Below, piece by piece: positions 27,797-37,367 of a stretch of 64,000 nt of DNA. The number at the start of each line of letters is the position of its first letter. Position 1 is the stretch's first letter. The DNA is from a virus. The notes below the pieces were generated by a model. That model was not told the DNA's origin. It saw only the letters and a list, made by a program, of their open reading frames with translations, and did not search any database. The stretch is taken from the IMG/VR virus record IMGVR_UViG_3300036939_000034, positions 6,324-70,323 of that record. One strand, written 5' to 3'. The position numbers were made by a program, and so were the translations under genes.

Positions 27797-30700
27797 ATGC
27801 CCTTTGACCTTCAGACCAAACTAGAAATTGTAAGAACTGACCCCAACCTTGTTACCTGGGTCTTCAATGGCGGCCCCGAACCGGAAGACATCTATCTTTA
27901 CCAGCGCTTTGGTGGTGACTTCTTCCGCTACGAAGAGATGCTCATCGATCCACAGGTAGGCGGGAAGTTAGACGAGCGGGTTGGTGCACTGTTGGGACGA
28001 GCGGTTCTAGTTGATGCAGCAAGCGAGGAGAAGGCAGATATAGAGGCAGCCAACCTCGCCAAGAAAATCTTAGACATTCACGACGAAGACCAGAAGCAGG
28101 GGAAAAAGGACAAAAAGAAAAGACCGCTGATTCCCTACGAACAAATTTGCAGCAATTTCCTCAACAGTGGATTATTAATCGGCTTCGCCGTCCAGGCTTT
28201 GGAGTGGGTAGAACGGGATAAGCTAATTCTCCCAAATGTGGAATTTGTTCCCCAGCGACGCTTTACCTTCCGCTACCGGGAACCGGACAACAAAACTATC
28301 AAGGTCTGCACAGATGAAGACCTTGACCCAACCAAGGATATTGTCTTAGTCAGTGGCTACGAACTCAGGCTGCTTACTAAGCGATCGCCCATCGAAGGAG
28401 AACGGTGCCCTCGCAATAGATTCATCTGCTACACCTACGGCAGCATGAAGGGTTTGCCCCAGGGGTTAGGGCTTGGCTACCGTATTCGCAAGTTTTATGA
28501 GATTCGCAAAGAGGTGATTAAGTCAGGGGTGCTAACAGGCGATCGCCTCGGTTCGCCACCCGTTCACGGCACCTACCCCGTTGACCTTAATCCCCAGAAT
28601 ACTGATGACGCCATTGTCTTAGGCGCTTTCAACCGACTGCTCAAAGCCATCAGTCCCAACGCCAACGCCAGCACTACGGACGGATTCAAGATAAACTTCC
28701 TTGAACCCCGTGCGGGCGGGCATCAGATCTTAAAGTGGCTGTACGACACAGCAGCAGTGGAAATCTCTCGTGCTATTTGGGGAGAGGGAAGCTACTCGGA
28801 AAAAACTACAGGAAGCTACGCAGCAGAAACCCAGCAGGCTGAGAACCGTAACGAGAACGTAGTTGACGCCGATTGCAATTCACTGGACGAAGGTCCATGT
28901 GCCCAGTTGTGGCAGTTGATTGGCGAATACAACTGGCCCGATGCCACAAACCCGATAATCCGACGGGAAACCCGGTCAGAAATCAGGCGACTGGAGCAGG
29001 AGCGTCTTGAGGATGAGCAAAGGGAGGCAAAGCGTAATGGCAGAGTGCAGAGCGATCGCACTCTCATCCTAGACATCGGGTTGAATGTTACAAACGATTA
29101 CATTAAAGCCACATACGGTGAAGCCTTCTCTCTTCCTGACGCTGAACCTCCACCAGAAGAGGATACAGCAGAGTTATCAGAATCAGCATCTCGACAAGGC
29201 TCGATGACCGCCGACTTCGGCGCAATCATTGACCGTAAGCTGAAGTGGAACGGTTTAGACATTGGTGTTGAATTTCTCCCCGGTGCTGTTCGTTTCCCTG
29301 GTCGCAAGAACAGCAAGAAGCTTCGTTCGGGCTACGGTCACATCCGAGGATACTTGGGCGCTGATGGCAATGCCCTAGACTGCTACCTCTACCTCGGTTT
29401 AGTTCCCCCCAAGGGTGAAGAACCTCAAGGAAGCGATCGCATCTTTGAGGTTGAGCAAATCTCACCCGAAGACGGCGACTTCAATGAGCACAAGTACATG
29501 ATCGGTTACGACTCGGTAGAAGCTGCTAAAGCTGCCTACCTTACCGAGATGCCGGAGGAGTATTTTGGACGGATTCGGGAAGTTACTGTTGCAGATCTAG
29601 AGCAATACAAGCGTGTGAACTTTGCCGAGTCGGTACTATGGGGCGTGTGGTTCAAGGGACGCAACACCCCAGCCGTTGTGGACGCAAGTGACAGGGGAGA
29701 AGCGATTAAAAAAGCTCGTGCAACCAAGTGCGCTGGGTGGAACCAGGACGTTACCTCCTGTCGCCAGCTCAAAGGCAAATCCTTGGAGCTGGCGAAGAAA
29801 GGAAACTGGGTGAGGGAGCGAGCTAATGGGAGTGAGGAGTGTGGTGCTTTCAAGTACAGACCTCAGCTTAAGCCTGAGCATTCAGAGGGTGACGACAGTT
29901 TTTTTTTAACGAGTGAGGACGCCTACGAGGAGCGCTTCACTGATGCTTTCCACCAAGCCCTCAAGAAAGCGATCGCCTCTATCAAAGATTCCCTAACCCC
30001 CGAACTAAGTTGGGAGTCGCTCTATGCAAAGCTGGATATCACAACTTTAGCCTCAGCCATTGCCGAGGGAAACTCGCTCAGTTTCCTGGTTGGGATGTAC
30101 TCGGAGCGACCCGACCGAGGGGAGGTGGAATTTGCCGACGATCCAACTCGGCTGCCATTCGACAAAGCGATCGCCTACTTCCGCCAAAAGCTCAACATCC
30201 CAACCCAGACCTGGAAAGATATCCAAGGGGCAGAGAATGACTGGGCGTTTGCCGTGGCCGGTGTCACCAGTGCCGAAATGCTCCAGGATTTCCGCGCAGC
30301 AATGGATCGGTATATTGCTGAGGGAACAGGCTTTGCTCAGTTTGCCAAGGAGTTTGATGCGATCGCCCAAAACTACGGCTGGCAGCCAAGGGAAGGAGTA
30401 GCGAGGAGGGCTGATTTGGTTGCCAAAACTAACTTCCGCATGGCTTACGCGGCAGGGCAGTGGCAGCAACGACAAGACCCCGTAGTGAAGCAGCTACGCC
30501 CTGGCTTGATGTGGCGACACCGTGACTCTCCACAGGAACGCCCCCACCATAAAGCGATGGATGGCATGGTGTTTGACGGCAATGATCCGCAATACTCTGG
30601 GCTTGTTGGTTTTTCAGGGTTCGGTTGTCGCTGCCGTACCTTCTCTGTCCCTGCACCAGATGGCGGATTTGATGTGTTAAGCGATCGCTTGCCTTATCAA

Positions 30701-30928
30701 TTTCCCAATGGTGAAATGGGGGAAGTTCCAGCTATTAAGGTTAAAGAGAAAATTTACCCAGTCGCTGACGAGGGATTCTTCTACACCCCTGGTAAATCGC
30801 CCATCTCTGCCCGACCTCACCTATTCCAGCAGATGCTTGAGAGGCAGCAACCCACCTGGCAGAAGTTGATTAGAAAGGTTATTCCTCAAAGGATATTGAG
30901 GGCATTTAAGCCCAAAGGATTTGGCTAA
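27797..30928 (+). CDS. Portal (Mu gp29/DUF935-like) fused to an inorganic-pyrophosphatase-like domain and a MuF head-morphogenesis domain
   Basis: PQGLGLG, GSYAAETQ (portal); YGHIRGYLGADGNALDCY, EHKYMIGY (InPase); AFAVAG, TNFRMAYAAG, RPHH, FGCRC (MuF). Confidence 0.85.
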   Translation: MPFDLQTKLEIVRTDPNLVTWVFNGGPEPEDIYLYQRFGGDFFRYEEMLIDPQVGGKLDERVGALLGRAVLVDAASEEKADIEAANLAKKILDIHDEDQKQGKKDKKKRPLIPYEQICSNFLNSGLLIGFAVQALEWVERDKLILPNVEFVPQRRFTFRYREPDNKTIKVCTDEDLDPTKDIVLVSGYELRLLTKRSPIEGERCPRNRFICYTYGSMKGLPQGLGLGYRIRKFYEIRKEVIKSGVLTGDRLGSPPVHGTYPVDLNPQNTDDAIVLGAFNRLLKAISPNANASTTDGFKINFLEPRAGGHQILKWLYDTAAVEISRAIWGEGSYSEKTTGSYAAETQQAENRNENVVDADCNSLDEGPCAQLWQLIGEYNWPDATNPIIRRETRSEIRRLEQERLEDEQREAKRNGRVQSDRTLILDIGLNVTNDYIKATYGEAFSLPDAEPPPEEDTAELSESASRQGSMTADFGAIIDRKLKWNGLDIGVEFLPGAVRFPGRKNSKKLRSGYGHIRGYLGADGNALDCYLYLGLVPPKGEEPQGSDRIFEVEQISPEDGDFNEHKYMIGYDSVEAAKAAYLTEMPEEYFGRIREVTVADLEQYKRVNFAESVLWGVWFKGRNTPAVVDASDRGEAIKKARATKCAGWNQDVTSCRQLKGKSLELAKKGNWVRERANGSEECGAFKYRPQLKPEHSEGDDSFFLTSEDAYEERFTDAFHQALKKAIASIKDSLTPELSWESLYAKLDITTLASAIAEGNSLSFLVGMYSERPDRGEVEFADDPTRLPFDKAIAYFRQKLNIPTQTWKDIQGAENDWAFAVAGVTSAEMLQDFRAAMDRYIAEGTGFAQFAKEFDAIAQNYGWQPREGVARRADLVAKTNFRMAYAAGQWQQRQDPVVKQLRPGLMWRHRDSPQERPHHKAMDGMVFDGNDPQYSGLVGFSGFGCRCRTFSVPAPDGGFDVLSDRLPYQFPNGEMGEVPAIKVKEKIYPVADEGFFYTPGKSPISARPHLFQQMLERQQPTWQKLIRKVIPQRILRAFKPKGFG

Positions 30929-30930
30929 TT

Positions 30931-32772
30931 ATGTTGACAGAAGAAGCGATCGCATTTGCTGAGTTAGGAAAGCTGGCAAGAGAGTTTAATTTTGCGGAAG
31001 AACAAGCCGTCACTGACCCAGAGGTTTTAGCCTATGTGAACGGAATTGTCCGCTCAATGATTAGTGGTCGAAACCTGTCTGTTGTGGGTGTGACGGTAGA
31101 CGGCGACACCTTCAAGGGTGAGGCGAGAGTTAAGGTGTCACCTCGACTGACAAAACGCTTCGGTTTTGAAATTTCACCAGACTCCAAGTCTTTTGAGGCG
31201 CTCAACGCTGATGATATAGAGAAGTTTGCAGAACCCGTTGAATTTAAAGCGGGTAGCAAAACCCTGAAGTGCAAGGTTGAACAGTGTGGTGGACGCTGTC
31301 TGAAAGGTGGAGAAAAATGCCGCCTCACCATGAAACCTGAGGAGCGGAAGGCTCACGACAAGGCACTTAGGAAGGTGGGAACTGTTGAAACCTCTCTTGC
31401 CAAGAAACGACGGGAGATGAAGGAGGCGAGAGCAAAAGAAGCTGCCACACCTAAAACCGACAAAAAGGCTGGCGTTACCTCGCGAACCAAGGAGAAGAGT
31501 GGCACAGGTAGGGAGGCAAAAGCTGACAAGAAGAAGGAAGAAAAAAAGTCTTTGACGCCAACGGAGCGTAAAGCCAAGGAACTCGAAGACCTCAAGCAAG
31601 AGAAACATGAGTCTCTCGACAAGCTTTGGGAACGCTCCACAAGATTGAGTGGCGATCGCAAGGATGCTTTCGGTGAGGCAGTTGATAAGCACTTGTCTCT
31701 GAAAGCTGAGTCAAAAGACAAGGAGTGGCTCGATACTGTTGAATCTCAAGCCAACAGTATGTGGAATGCGGCAGGTCAAAGCCCTGCTATCCCAGAGACA
31801 GCACGAGAGCGATTTGCTCGGTTTGTTGGGGATGCCGAAACTAGGGAGATTATTTCGGCAAAGCGAGGGGAGATTTCTGATGACACCATTCAGAGAACTT
31901 TTGGAGAGGAAAACCCAGTTAGCCGAGCGTCACTGCAAGCAAGTTCGCAACCTGAAAAAATGGGCGCAACTGGGAAAATTGTTGAGGAGTGGGCTAAGGG
32001 ATTAGGTCAAACGGCGTGGAATAAAGCAACCCCAGCTCAAAAAGCTGAAATCTTGGAACGGCTGGGTGTTGACGGAATTAAAGACTTGGGGATTGAGTTT
32101 AAGGCTCAAAAAAAAACTGACAACAGTCCCCCATTTAAGAAAGAACACATAACTTTTCCCGAAAAGATACAAAAAGACCTGTTCCTTCGCAGTACCGACA
32201 AAGCCGCCGATCACTTGGTCAAAGATTACGGATTTCCCAGCAAGGAGATAGCTAAAAAAGCGATTAATGGAACAATGTCTTATACATCTAGCAAATATTC
32301 TAGTATCAAGTCGGCCGATAGAGGAGACAACTCCGACAAGAGCGCCAAAGAAGCTGCGGAGGGAGTTAATGAATATTTAAAAAGGATGCCTCGGTATGAC
32401 GGGGAAGTTCACAGGGGAATGTACTTTTTAAATGAAAACTTTAACGAAAATGCTATTGAAGCTAGTTTGGCTAAAGGAACGGATTCAATCACTAGTTTCA
32501 CGACTAACAAGAAAATAGCGGAAAAGTTTTCTACTGGCAACAATGGGATAAGCAGGAGAGACGTTGAAGTTTTTATAACTGTCCAAAATAAGACAGGTGT
32601 TTCAATCAAGTCTATTTCTCTTAAGCCAAACGAGGACGAGGTGACGGTTCCAAAAGGGGTTCGTTATCAAATTGTTGGCAAGAGTAAAACAATTAAGGAT
32701 GTAGATGATATATTTGCTGGCGATGAGCCAAGGAAAGTGACGAGGATTGAATACAGGTTAGAGGAGTTGTGA
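30931..32772 (+). CDS. Putative virion-packaged effector with a C-terminal ADP-ribosyltransferase
   Basis: HRGM / SITSFTT / NEDEV = R-S-E ART triad; N-terminus shared with 32991. Confidence 0.8.
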   Translation: MLTEEAIAFAELGKLAREFNFAEEQAVTDPEVLAYVNGIVRSMISGRNLSVVGVTVDGDTFKGEARVKVSPRLTKRFGFEISPDSKSFEALNADDIEKFAEPVEFKAGSKTLKCKVEQCGGRCLKGGEKCRLTMKPEERKAHDKALRKVGTVETSLAKKRREMKEARAKEAATPKTDKKAGVTSRTKEKSGTGREAKADKKKEEKKSLTPTERKAKELEDLKQEKHESLDKLWERSTRLSGDRKDAFGEAVDKHLSLKAESKDKEWLDTVESQANSMWNAAGQSPAIPETARERFARFVGDAETREIISAKRGEISDDTIQRTFGEENPVSRASLQASSQPEKMGATGKIVEEWAKGLGQTAWNKATPAQKAEILERLGVDGIKDLGIEFKAQKKTDNSPPFKKEHITFPEKIQKDLFLRSTDKAADHLVKDYGFPSKEIAKKAINGTMSYTSSKYSSIKSADRGDNSDKSAKEAAEGVNEYLKRMPRYDGEVHRGMYFLNENFNENAIEASLAKGTDSITSFTTNKKIAEKFSTGNNGISRRDVEVFITVQNKTGVSIKSISLKPNEDEVTVPKGVRYQIVGKSKTIKDVDDIFAGDEPRKVTRIEYRLEEL

Positions 32773-32972
32773 AAAAATTAACTACTGAACAGATAAATGA
32801 GAGGGTTGATCGCTTGACTGAGTTGATTAATAAAGAGGACAGGACTCAAGAAGAGGATCAACTCATAGAAAAATTACAGATAGAGCTTAGTCGGCATATG
32901 CAATTACCCGATGAATTGACGGTGTTCAGGGAGCGATTTGGCTCCACGGACTCAAGCAAACCTTTCGGTTGA
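32769..32972 (+). CDS. Small protein coupled to the ART gene (candidate immunity protein)
   Basis: GTGA overlap, GAGGAG RBS. Confidence 0.55.
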   Translation: MKKLTTEQINERVDRLTELINKEDRTQEEDQLIEKLQIELSRHMQLPDELTVFRERFGSTDSSKPFG

Positions 32973-32990
32973 AGCGAGGTTTATGCCTTT

Positions 32991-34442
32991 ATGTTGACTC
33001 AGGAGGCGATCGCATTTTCAGCGTTGGGGCGGTTATGGCGAGGGATTGCGGTAAGTTTTGCCGAGGTTGTCACTGACGCTAACACCCTAAGCCTTATTCA
33101 GTCTGGACTGCAACAGGGGCTGGGCAGGCGGATTACCAAGATTTTAGGTGTCACAAAAGACGTGAAAGGAACCTTTGAAGGGGAGTTTCAGCAGTACGTC
33201 AGCCCTCGCCTTACCAAGCGATTCAGCTTTATCTTTGGTGAGGAGCAGGTTAGCTTCAAGCCGCTTAACCTTGGGGACATTCAGAAGTTTAGCGAAGGTG
33301 CTAGTGATACTCCAGAGTTCGCCCGTCAGTCAAAAAGTGGCAGAGCAGGGACTTCCCTAAATTGCAAAATTGAACAGTGTGGGGGGCGATGCTTGCGAGG
33401 AGGAGAATCCTGTCGCCTAACGCCTACAGAAAGCCAGAGAAAGCTGTGGAGTCAAGCAAGTGGGAAGAACTTAGCGACCAAACCCGAAACCTCTCTTGCC
33501 AAAAAGCGACGGGAGGCGAAGGAGGAGCGTATTGCGATCGCTCGTGAGAAAGAGGCTCGTGAAAAGGCTCAAAAGAAGGCTGGCAAGAAAACAACTAATT
33601 CAGCAACACCTCTCAAGGACAAGATACAAGAGAAGCAAAATCAAGTTAGGCGCAAATATGAGTCAAGACTTGATAAAAACAAGGCTGACTACGACCAAAA
33701 GAAGCAGGCTTTGATTGAGGCATCGAAGGACAGCGAACCTGCCAGAAAAGTGGTTAATGCGGCAGAGAAGAAGTATTATGATTTGCTAAAAAAAAGAGAA
33801 AAGGAGCTGAATGATATCGCCCCTTCACTCACTTTTGACGAAGTCAAAAAAAGTTACAAACCTCCACAGCCTCAAACGAAACACGGAATGCCTCAGAGCG
33901 AGGATATGTGGAGCGTTGAATACAATGGAATGAGGTTTCATTCTAGTAGTGAGTTTAATAAAAATAGTGACGCAATCAGTTTAATTCAGCAGGTAGCAAC
34001 AAACGAACCATTACCTAGGTCGTTTACAAAACACACTAAAGATGTTTATTTCTCACAAGGAAAGAATAAGTATGACTCTTACTGGGAAAAAGAATACAAC
34101 TCGACTGGTTTTGTCTCTGCTGCTACCGGAGGGAATGAAGGGGTTGTTTATTACCAAAGTCGTAATGGAGGGAAAGGGGACTATAGTACGCTAACCCATG
34201 AGATGGGGCACAATTTTGCTCAATCAAGATATGGGCAGCCAACGCCTAGCCCAGTGAGTGATTTTTTTGTAGCCACTAAAGAGGGCGATCCGATTTCTAC
34301 CTATGCTAAGAGCAGTCCTGCGGAAGATTTCGCAGAAACAGCCAAGGCTTACTTCTTGGACAAGGAGAAGTTGAAGCAGAAGTGCCCTGAGCGCTACAAG
34401 GTATTTGAAAAGATGTTGAAGGATGAAAGTTATGGCGGATGA
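32991..34442 (+). CDS. Putative virion-packaged effector with a C-terminal zincin metallopeptidase
   Basis: THEMGH plus ISTYAKSSPAEDFAE (lethal-factor-like zincin); N-terminus shared with 30931. Confidence 0.8.
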   Translation: MLTQEAIAFSALGRLWRGIAVSFAEVVTDANTLSLIQSGLQQGLGRRITKILGVTKDVKGTFEGEFQQYVSPRLTKRFSFIFGEEQVSFKPLNLGDIQKFSEGASDTPEFARQSKSGRAGTSLNCKIEQCGGRCLRGGESCRLTPTESQRKLWSQASGKNLATKPETSLAKKRREAKEERIAIAREKEAREKAQKKAGKKTTNSATPLKDKIQEKQNQVRRKYESRLDKNKADYDQKKQALIEASKDSEPARKVVNAAEKKYYDLLKKREKELNDIAPSLTFDEVKKSYKPPQPQTKHGMPQSEDMWSVEYNGMRFHSSSEFNKNSDAISLIQQVATNEPLPRSFTKHTKDVYFSQGKNKYDSYWEKEYNSTGFVSAATGGNEGVVYYQSRNGGKGDYSTLTHEMGHNFAQSRYGQPTPSPVSDFFVATKEGDPISTYAKSSPAEDFAETAKAYFLDKEKLKQKCPERYKVFEKMLKDESYGG

Positions 34443-34638
34443 AACTCAGGAACGCAGGGACGGAGAGACACCAAATGGTGGTGTTTACTCGATAGCTTAC
34501 TGGCAAGACGCAGACGGAAACCCAACCACCAAAGATAAGGCAGTTGCTGCTGAAATAGTTGAATTTGATTCAAGCGACGAGCAGGTGTTCAGGAACTATT
34601 TAACTCTGTCTAAAACCGAGAATGGAAGTTCAAATTGA
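34432..34638 (+). CDS. Small acidic protein coupled to the peptidase gene (candidate immunity protein)
   Basis: Overlaps the upstream stop. Confidence 0.55.
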   Translation: MADETQERRDGETPNGGVYSIAYWQDADGNPTTKDKAVAAEIVEFDSSDEQVFRNYLTLSKTENGSSN

Positions 34639-35053
34639 TTTAACCCAGGTCAACACTGCTTTTACAAACCTTGGAAGCGCCCTAGATGACGCCACTCCAC
34701 TGTTCAACCTAATTGGTCAGGAATTAGAGCTGTCCATTGACGACAGCTTCCGCACAGAAACCGATCCAGATGGCTCCCCGTGGGCATCTCTCGACCCCAG
34801 CTACGTTGCCCAAAAGGTCAAGAGAGGATTCATCCCCAAGATCAACCAACGACGGGGTGACCTGCGGGCGTCAATCAGTTACAAGGCTTATAGCGATCGC
34901 CTTGAGATTGGCGCAAATGTTCCCTACAGCAAAAATGTTCAGGACAAGCGCCCGTTCCTGTATTCTGAGTCGGGAGGATTGGGGCGAAGACGGGAGCTTA
35001 GAATTGAAGAGACTGCCAATCAGTACTTCCAAAGGCTAGTTCAGGGTCTATGA
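34622..35053 (+). CDS. Phage virion morphogenesis protein (Mu gpG / P2 S-like)
   Basis: FRTETDPDGSPWASL, GDLRASI, IGANVPY, RPFL. Confidence 0.85.
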   Translation: MEVQIDLTQVNTAFTNLGSALDDATPLFNLIGQELELSIDDSFRTETDPDGSPWASLDPSYVAQKVKRGFIPKINQRRGDLRASISYKAYSDRLEIGANVPYSKNVQDKRPFLYSESGGLGRRRELRIEETANQYFQRLVQGL

Positions 35054-35262
35054 AGCTTTCTAATTTGTTCGTTCCCCTAGTCATAATCCTTTTAGGGGTT
35101 TTGACCTGGGTGGGTGGTAACTTGCTTGGCGATCGCCAAGGAGGCACCAACATTGCCCTCACATTGATCGGTATTGGAGGGGGACTGGCAAAGCAAGACA
35201 ATAAGTCTGCTGTCACCGGGGGAACAATTGAAACCGTCAACGTTGAAGGCGGCGAGAAATAA
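35050..35262 (+). CDS. Small two-TM membrane protein (holin candidate)
   Basis: Two hydrophobic helices in 70 aa. Confidence 0.4.
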   Translation: MKLSNLFVPLVIILLGVLTWVGGNLLGDRQGGTNIALTLIGIGGGLAKQDNKSAVTGGTIETVNVEGGEK

Positions 35263-35303
35263 AGTGCGCGAATCGCGCATTTGTTGTTTAAGGCGGTTTA
35301 TTT

Positions 35304-35777
35304 ATGCCCTTTGGTCGCTACGCCCCCAACTCCAAAGAATTTGAAGGCGCGCAGATTGTCTACGTCCGAGACTACAATACCGACGGTTCCTTGGTAGGGT
35401 TGGGCGGTGGTGATGGCGACGGTGATGCGAGTGTCAGCAGAGTTTTTGCAGGAGCGATCGCACCCCCTTTAATCCTTGAAGTCGCCAACGAGGAATACCC
35501 CTTCAGGCTTGCGAAGGCAAGACGGATTGAATTTTTCTGCCGTACAGATGATGAGGTTCGTTATGCCTATCAGGAGGGGGGAACCTATCTCCCTAGTATT
35601 GGCTACAGGACCCTGCGTCCAGGCAGCGAAAAGGACTTAAACTTTGGAAACGGGTACTTTGACGGCATTATTTACTTTGCCTCAAGTACCGCAGGCGCTG
35701 TTGTAGAGATAGAGGTGTGGAGTGCCGACACGGTCGATTTACAAACAGACGGGGGAAGCACCGAGTTCAGTCCTTGA
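35304..35777 (+). CDS. Hypothetical virion protein
   Basis: In the late operon. Confidence 0.55.
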   Translation: MPFGRYAPNSKEFEGAQIVYVRDYNTDGSLVGLGGGDGDGDASVSRVFAGAIAPPLILEVANEEYPFRLAKARRIEFFCRTDDEVRYAYQEGGTYLPSIGYRTLRPGSEKDLNFGNGYFDGIIYFASSTAGAVVEIEVWSADTVDLQTDGGSTEFSP

Positions 35778-36129
35778 ATTACGATCAGGTGCTGTGTTGA
35801 GTGGTCATCGCTTAGTTGTTGTGGAATCGAACGGTAATGTAAATTACGCCGACAATCTCGATCTTACGCACCCAGGTCGCGTCCTAGGGCTGACATTGAG
35901 CGCAGCAACCCCAGGGGAATTGGTGTCAGTTCAACGGGCGGGGAGGATAACGGAACCTAGCTGGCAGTGGGAGACATCAAAACCGCTATGGTTGGGGCGG
36001 AATGGGGCATTGACTCAGTCCAGACCTAGGGCAGGTTTTGTGCTGGTTGCAGGGGTTGCGATCGCCCCCAACACTATACTTATGGCTAATATTCAAGCAA
36101 GTCACATTACTTATTTATTCAATGGCTGA
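35722..36129 (+). CDS. Virion structural protein, decoration-like (start uncertain)
   Basis: LSGHRLV..YADN..LGLT..LWLGRNGALTQ pattern of phage structural proteins. Confidence 0.55.
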   Translation: MPTRSIYKQTGEAPSSVLELRSGAVLSGHRLVVVESNGNVNYADNLDLTHPGRVLGLTLSAATPGELVSVQRAGRITEPSWQWETSKPLWLGRNGALTQSRPRAGFVLVAGVAIAPNTILMANIQASHITYLFNG

Positions 36130-36649
36130 TAAATATTTAATTCTCGATAGTTCTGGCGTTGCTTACCGCGAAGTTGAGGGCACCGTCCAGAGCCGTGGCG
36201 CTCAAGACGGCGGCAAAATTCTCGCCCTTGGTACAGACGGAAAAATTGATCAGTCCATCCTCCCTACTGGAGTTGGAGCAGACACTCTTGTTGCTCCAGC
36301 CTCAGAAACCCTAGCGGCGGGGGATTGGTTGAACGCATGGAACGACAACGGAACGATTAAGTTTAGGAAGGCTGATGCCTCTGCTGGTATCGGGAAACGG
36401 GCAACCCACTTTACCCTTGTGGCGGCGACAGCAGGGCAGAACGCCACAGGCTACCCAGTTGGAAGTGGAACCAACTCGGCATTATCTGGGCTGACACCCG
36501 CTTCTAATTATTTCCTCAGCAACACCATCCCTGGGGGAGTTACCGCAAACATCATCACCACCTCTGGGCATTTAAGCCAATTCTTGGGATTTGCCCGTAG
36601 TGCGACCGCCCTTGAATCTCGTCAAGGCTATGTAGTAGTTAGAGCCTGA
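36122..36649 (+). CDS. Virion structural protein
   Basis: ALGTDGKIDQSILP, ASETLAAGD, RKADAS, LSGLTP. Confidence 0.6.
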   Translation: MADKYLILDSSGVAYREVEGTVQSRGAQDGGKILALGTDGKIDQSILPTGVGADTLVAPASETLAAGDWLNAWNDNGTIKFRKADASAGIGKRATHFTLVAATAGQNATGYPVGSGTNSALSGLTPASNYFLSNTIPGGVTANIITTSGHLSQFLGFARSATALESRQGYVVVRA

Positions 36650-37086
36650 TGGTAAGACTTCTTTCCGCAGCTTCCGGCTTCTTTCAGGAGTTTGAGACAG
36701 GGCAGGCTTACTTAAATGCAAACACCGTCAACACCGCCACGCTTACCCCTCTTGTTCAGGGCGATGGCAGTCAAATCGTCATTCCCAACAACGTAGCGAT
36801 CGCCTTTGATATTTTGATCGGTGGCAGGGGCATAGCTGGAGTGAATATTGGCAAAGTCGGCTATTACCAGCTTTCTGGCATCGCCAAAAATATCAGCGGA
36901 GTTGCCTCTGTTGTGATTGGCGTGGGTGGCTTGGTTGGTGGAGTCATCCAGCTTGTGCAGATCGAGGAGGTGACGGCGTGGCAGGCAATTGTTACCACTT
37001 CTGGGACAAACCTAAGTTTTCAAGTTTCCGGCGACACCGGGACAACGGTTCAATGGAAGGCAACGGGGCAGTTACTTTATATCTGA
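36649..37086 (+). CDS. Beta-rich hypothetical structural protein
   Basis: TGATG coupling. Confidence 0.55.
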   Translation: MVRLLSAASGFFQEFETGQAYLNANTVNTATLTPLVQGDGSQIVIPNNVAIAFDILIGGRGIAGVNIGKVGYYQLSGIAKNISGVASVVIGVGGLVGGVIQLVQIEEVTAWQAIVTTSGTNLSFQVSGDTGTTVQWKATGQLLYI

Positions 37087-37087
37087 T

Positions 37088-37324
37088 TTAGTTGCACATC
37101 CACTTCCAAAATTCGACTAGCGGCAATCCATAAGCTAGTGCGATCGCTTCTGCATATTCCGTTGTCAATGAAGTTCTGTTCCCCTCTAACCTACGGATTG
37201 TGTGATAGCTCACGTTGAGCGCGACAGCAAGTCGCTCTCTACTCCAATGCTTCTCTTCTCGCAGGGCAGTTAAACGACTTCCGTAATTTACTTGCAAAAC
37301 TTGCATATCAATCAACGCGAACAT
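37088..37324 (-). CDS. XRE-family HTH regulator
   Basis: RLTALREEKHWSRERLAVALNVSYHTIRRLE. Confidence 0.8.
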   Translation of the reverse strand: MFALIDMQVLQVNYGSRLTALREEKHWSRERLAVALNVSYHTIRRLEGNRTSLTTEYAEAIALAYGLPLVEFWKWMCN

Positions 37325-37367
37325 CTCCTTATTTTAAGAGAGAGAACCACTAATCTGAAAGCTGATA

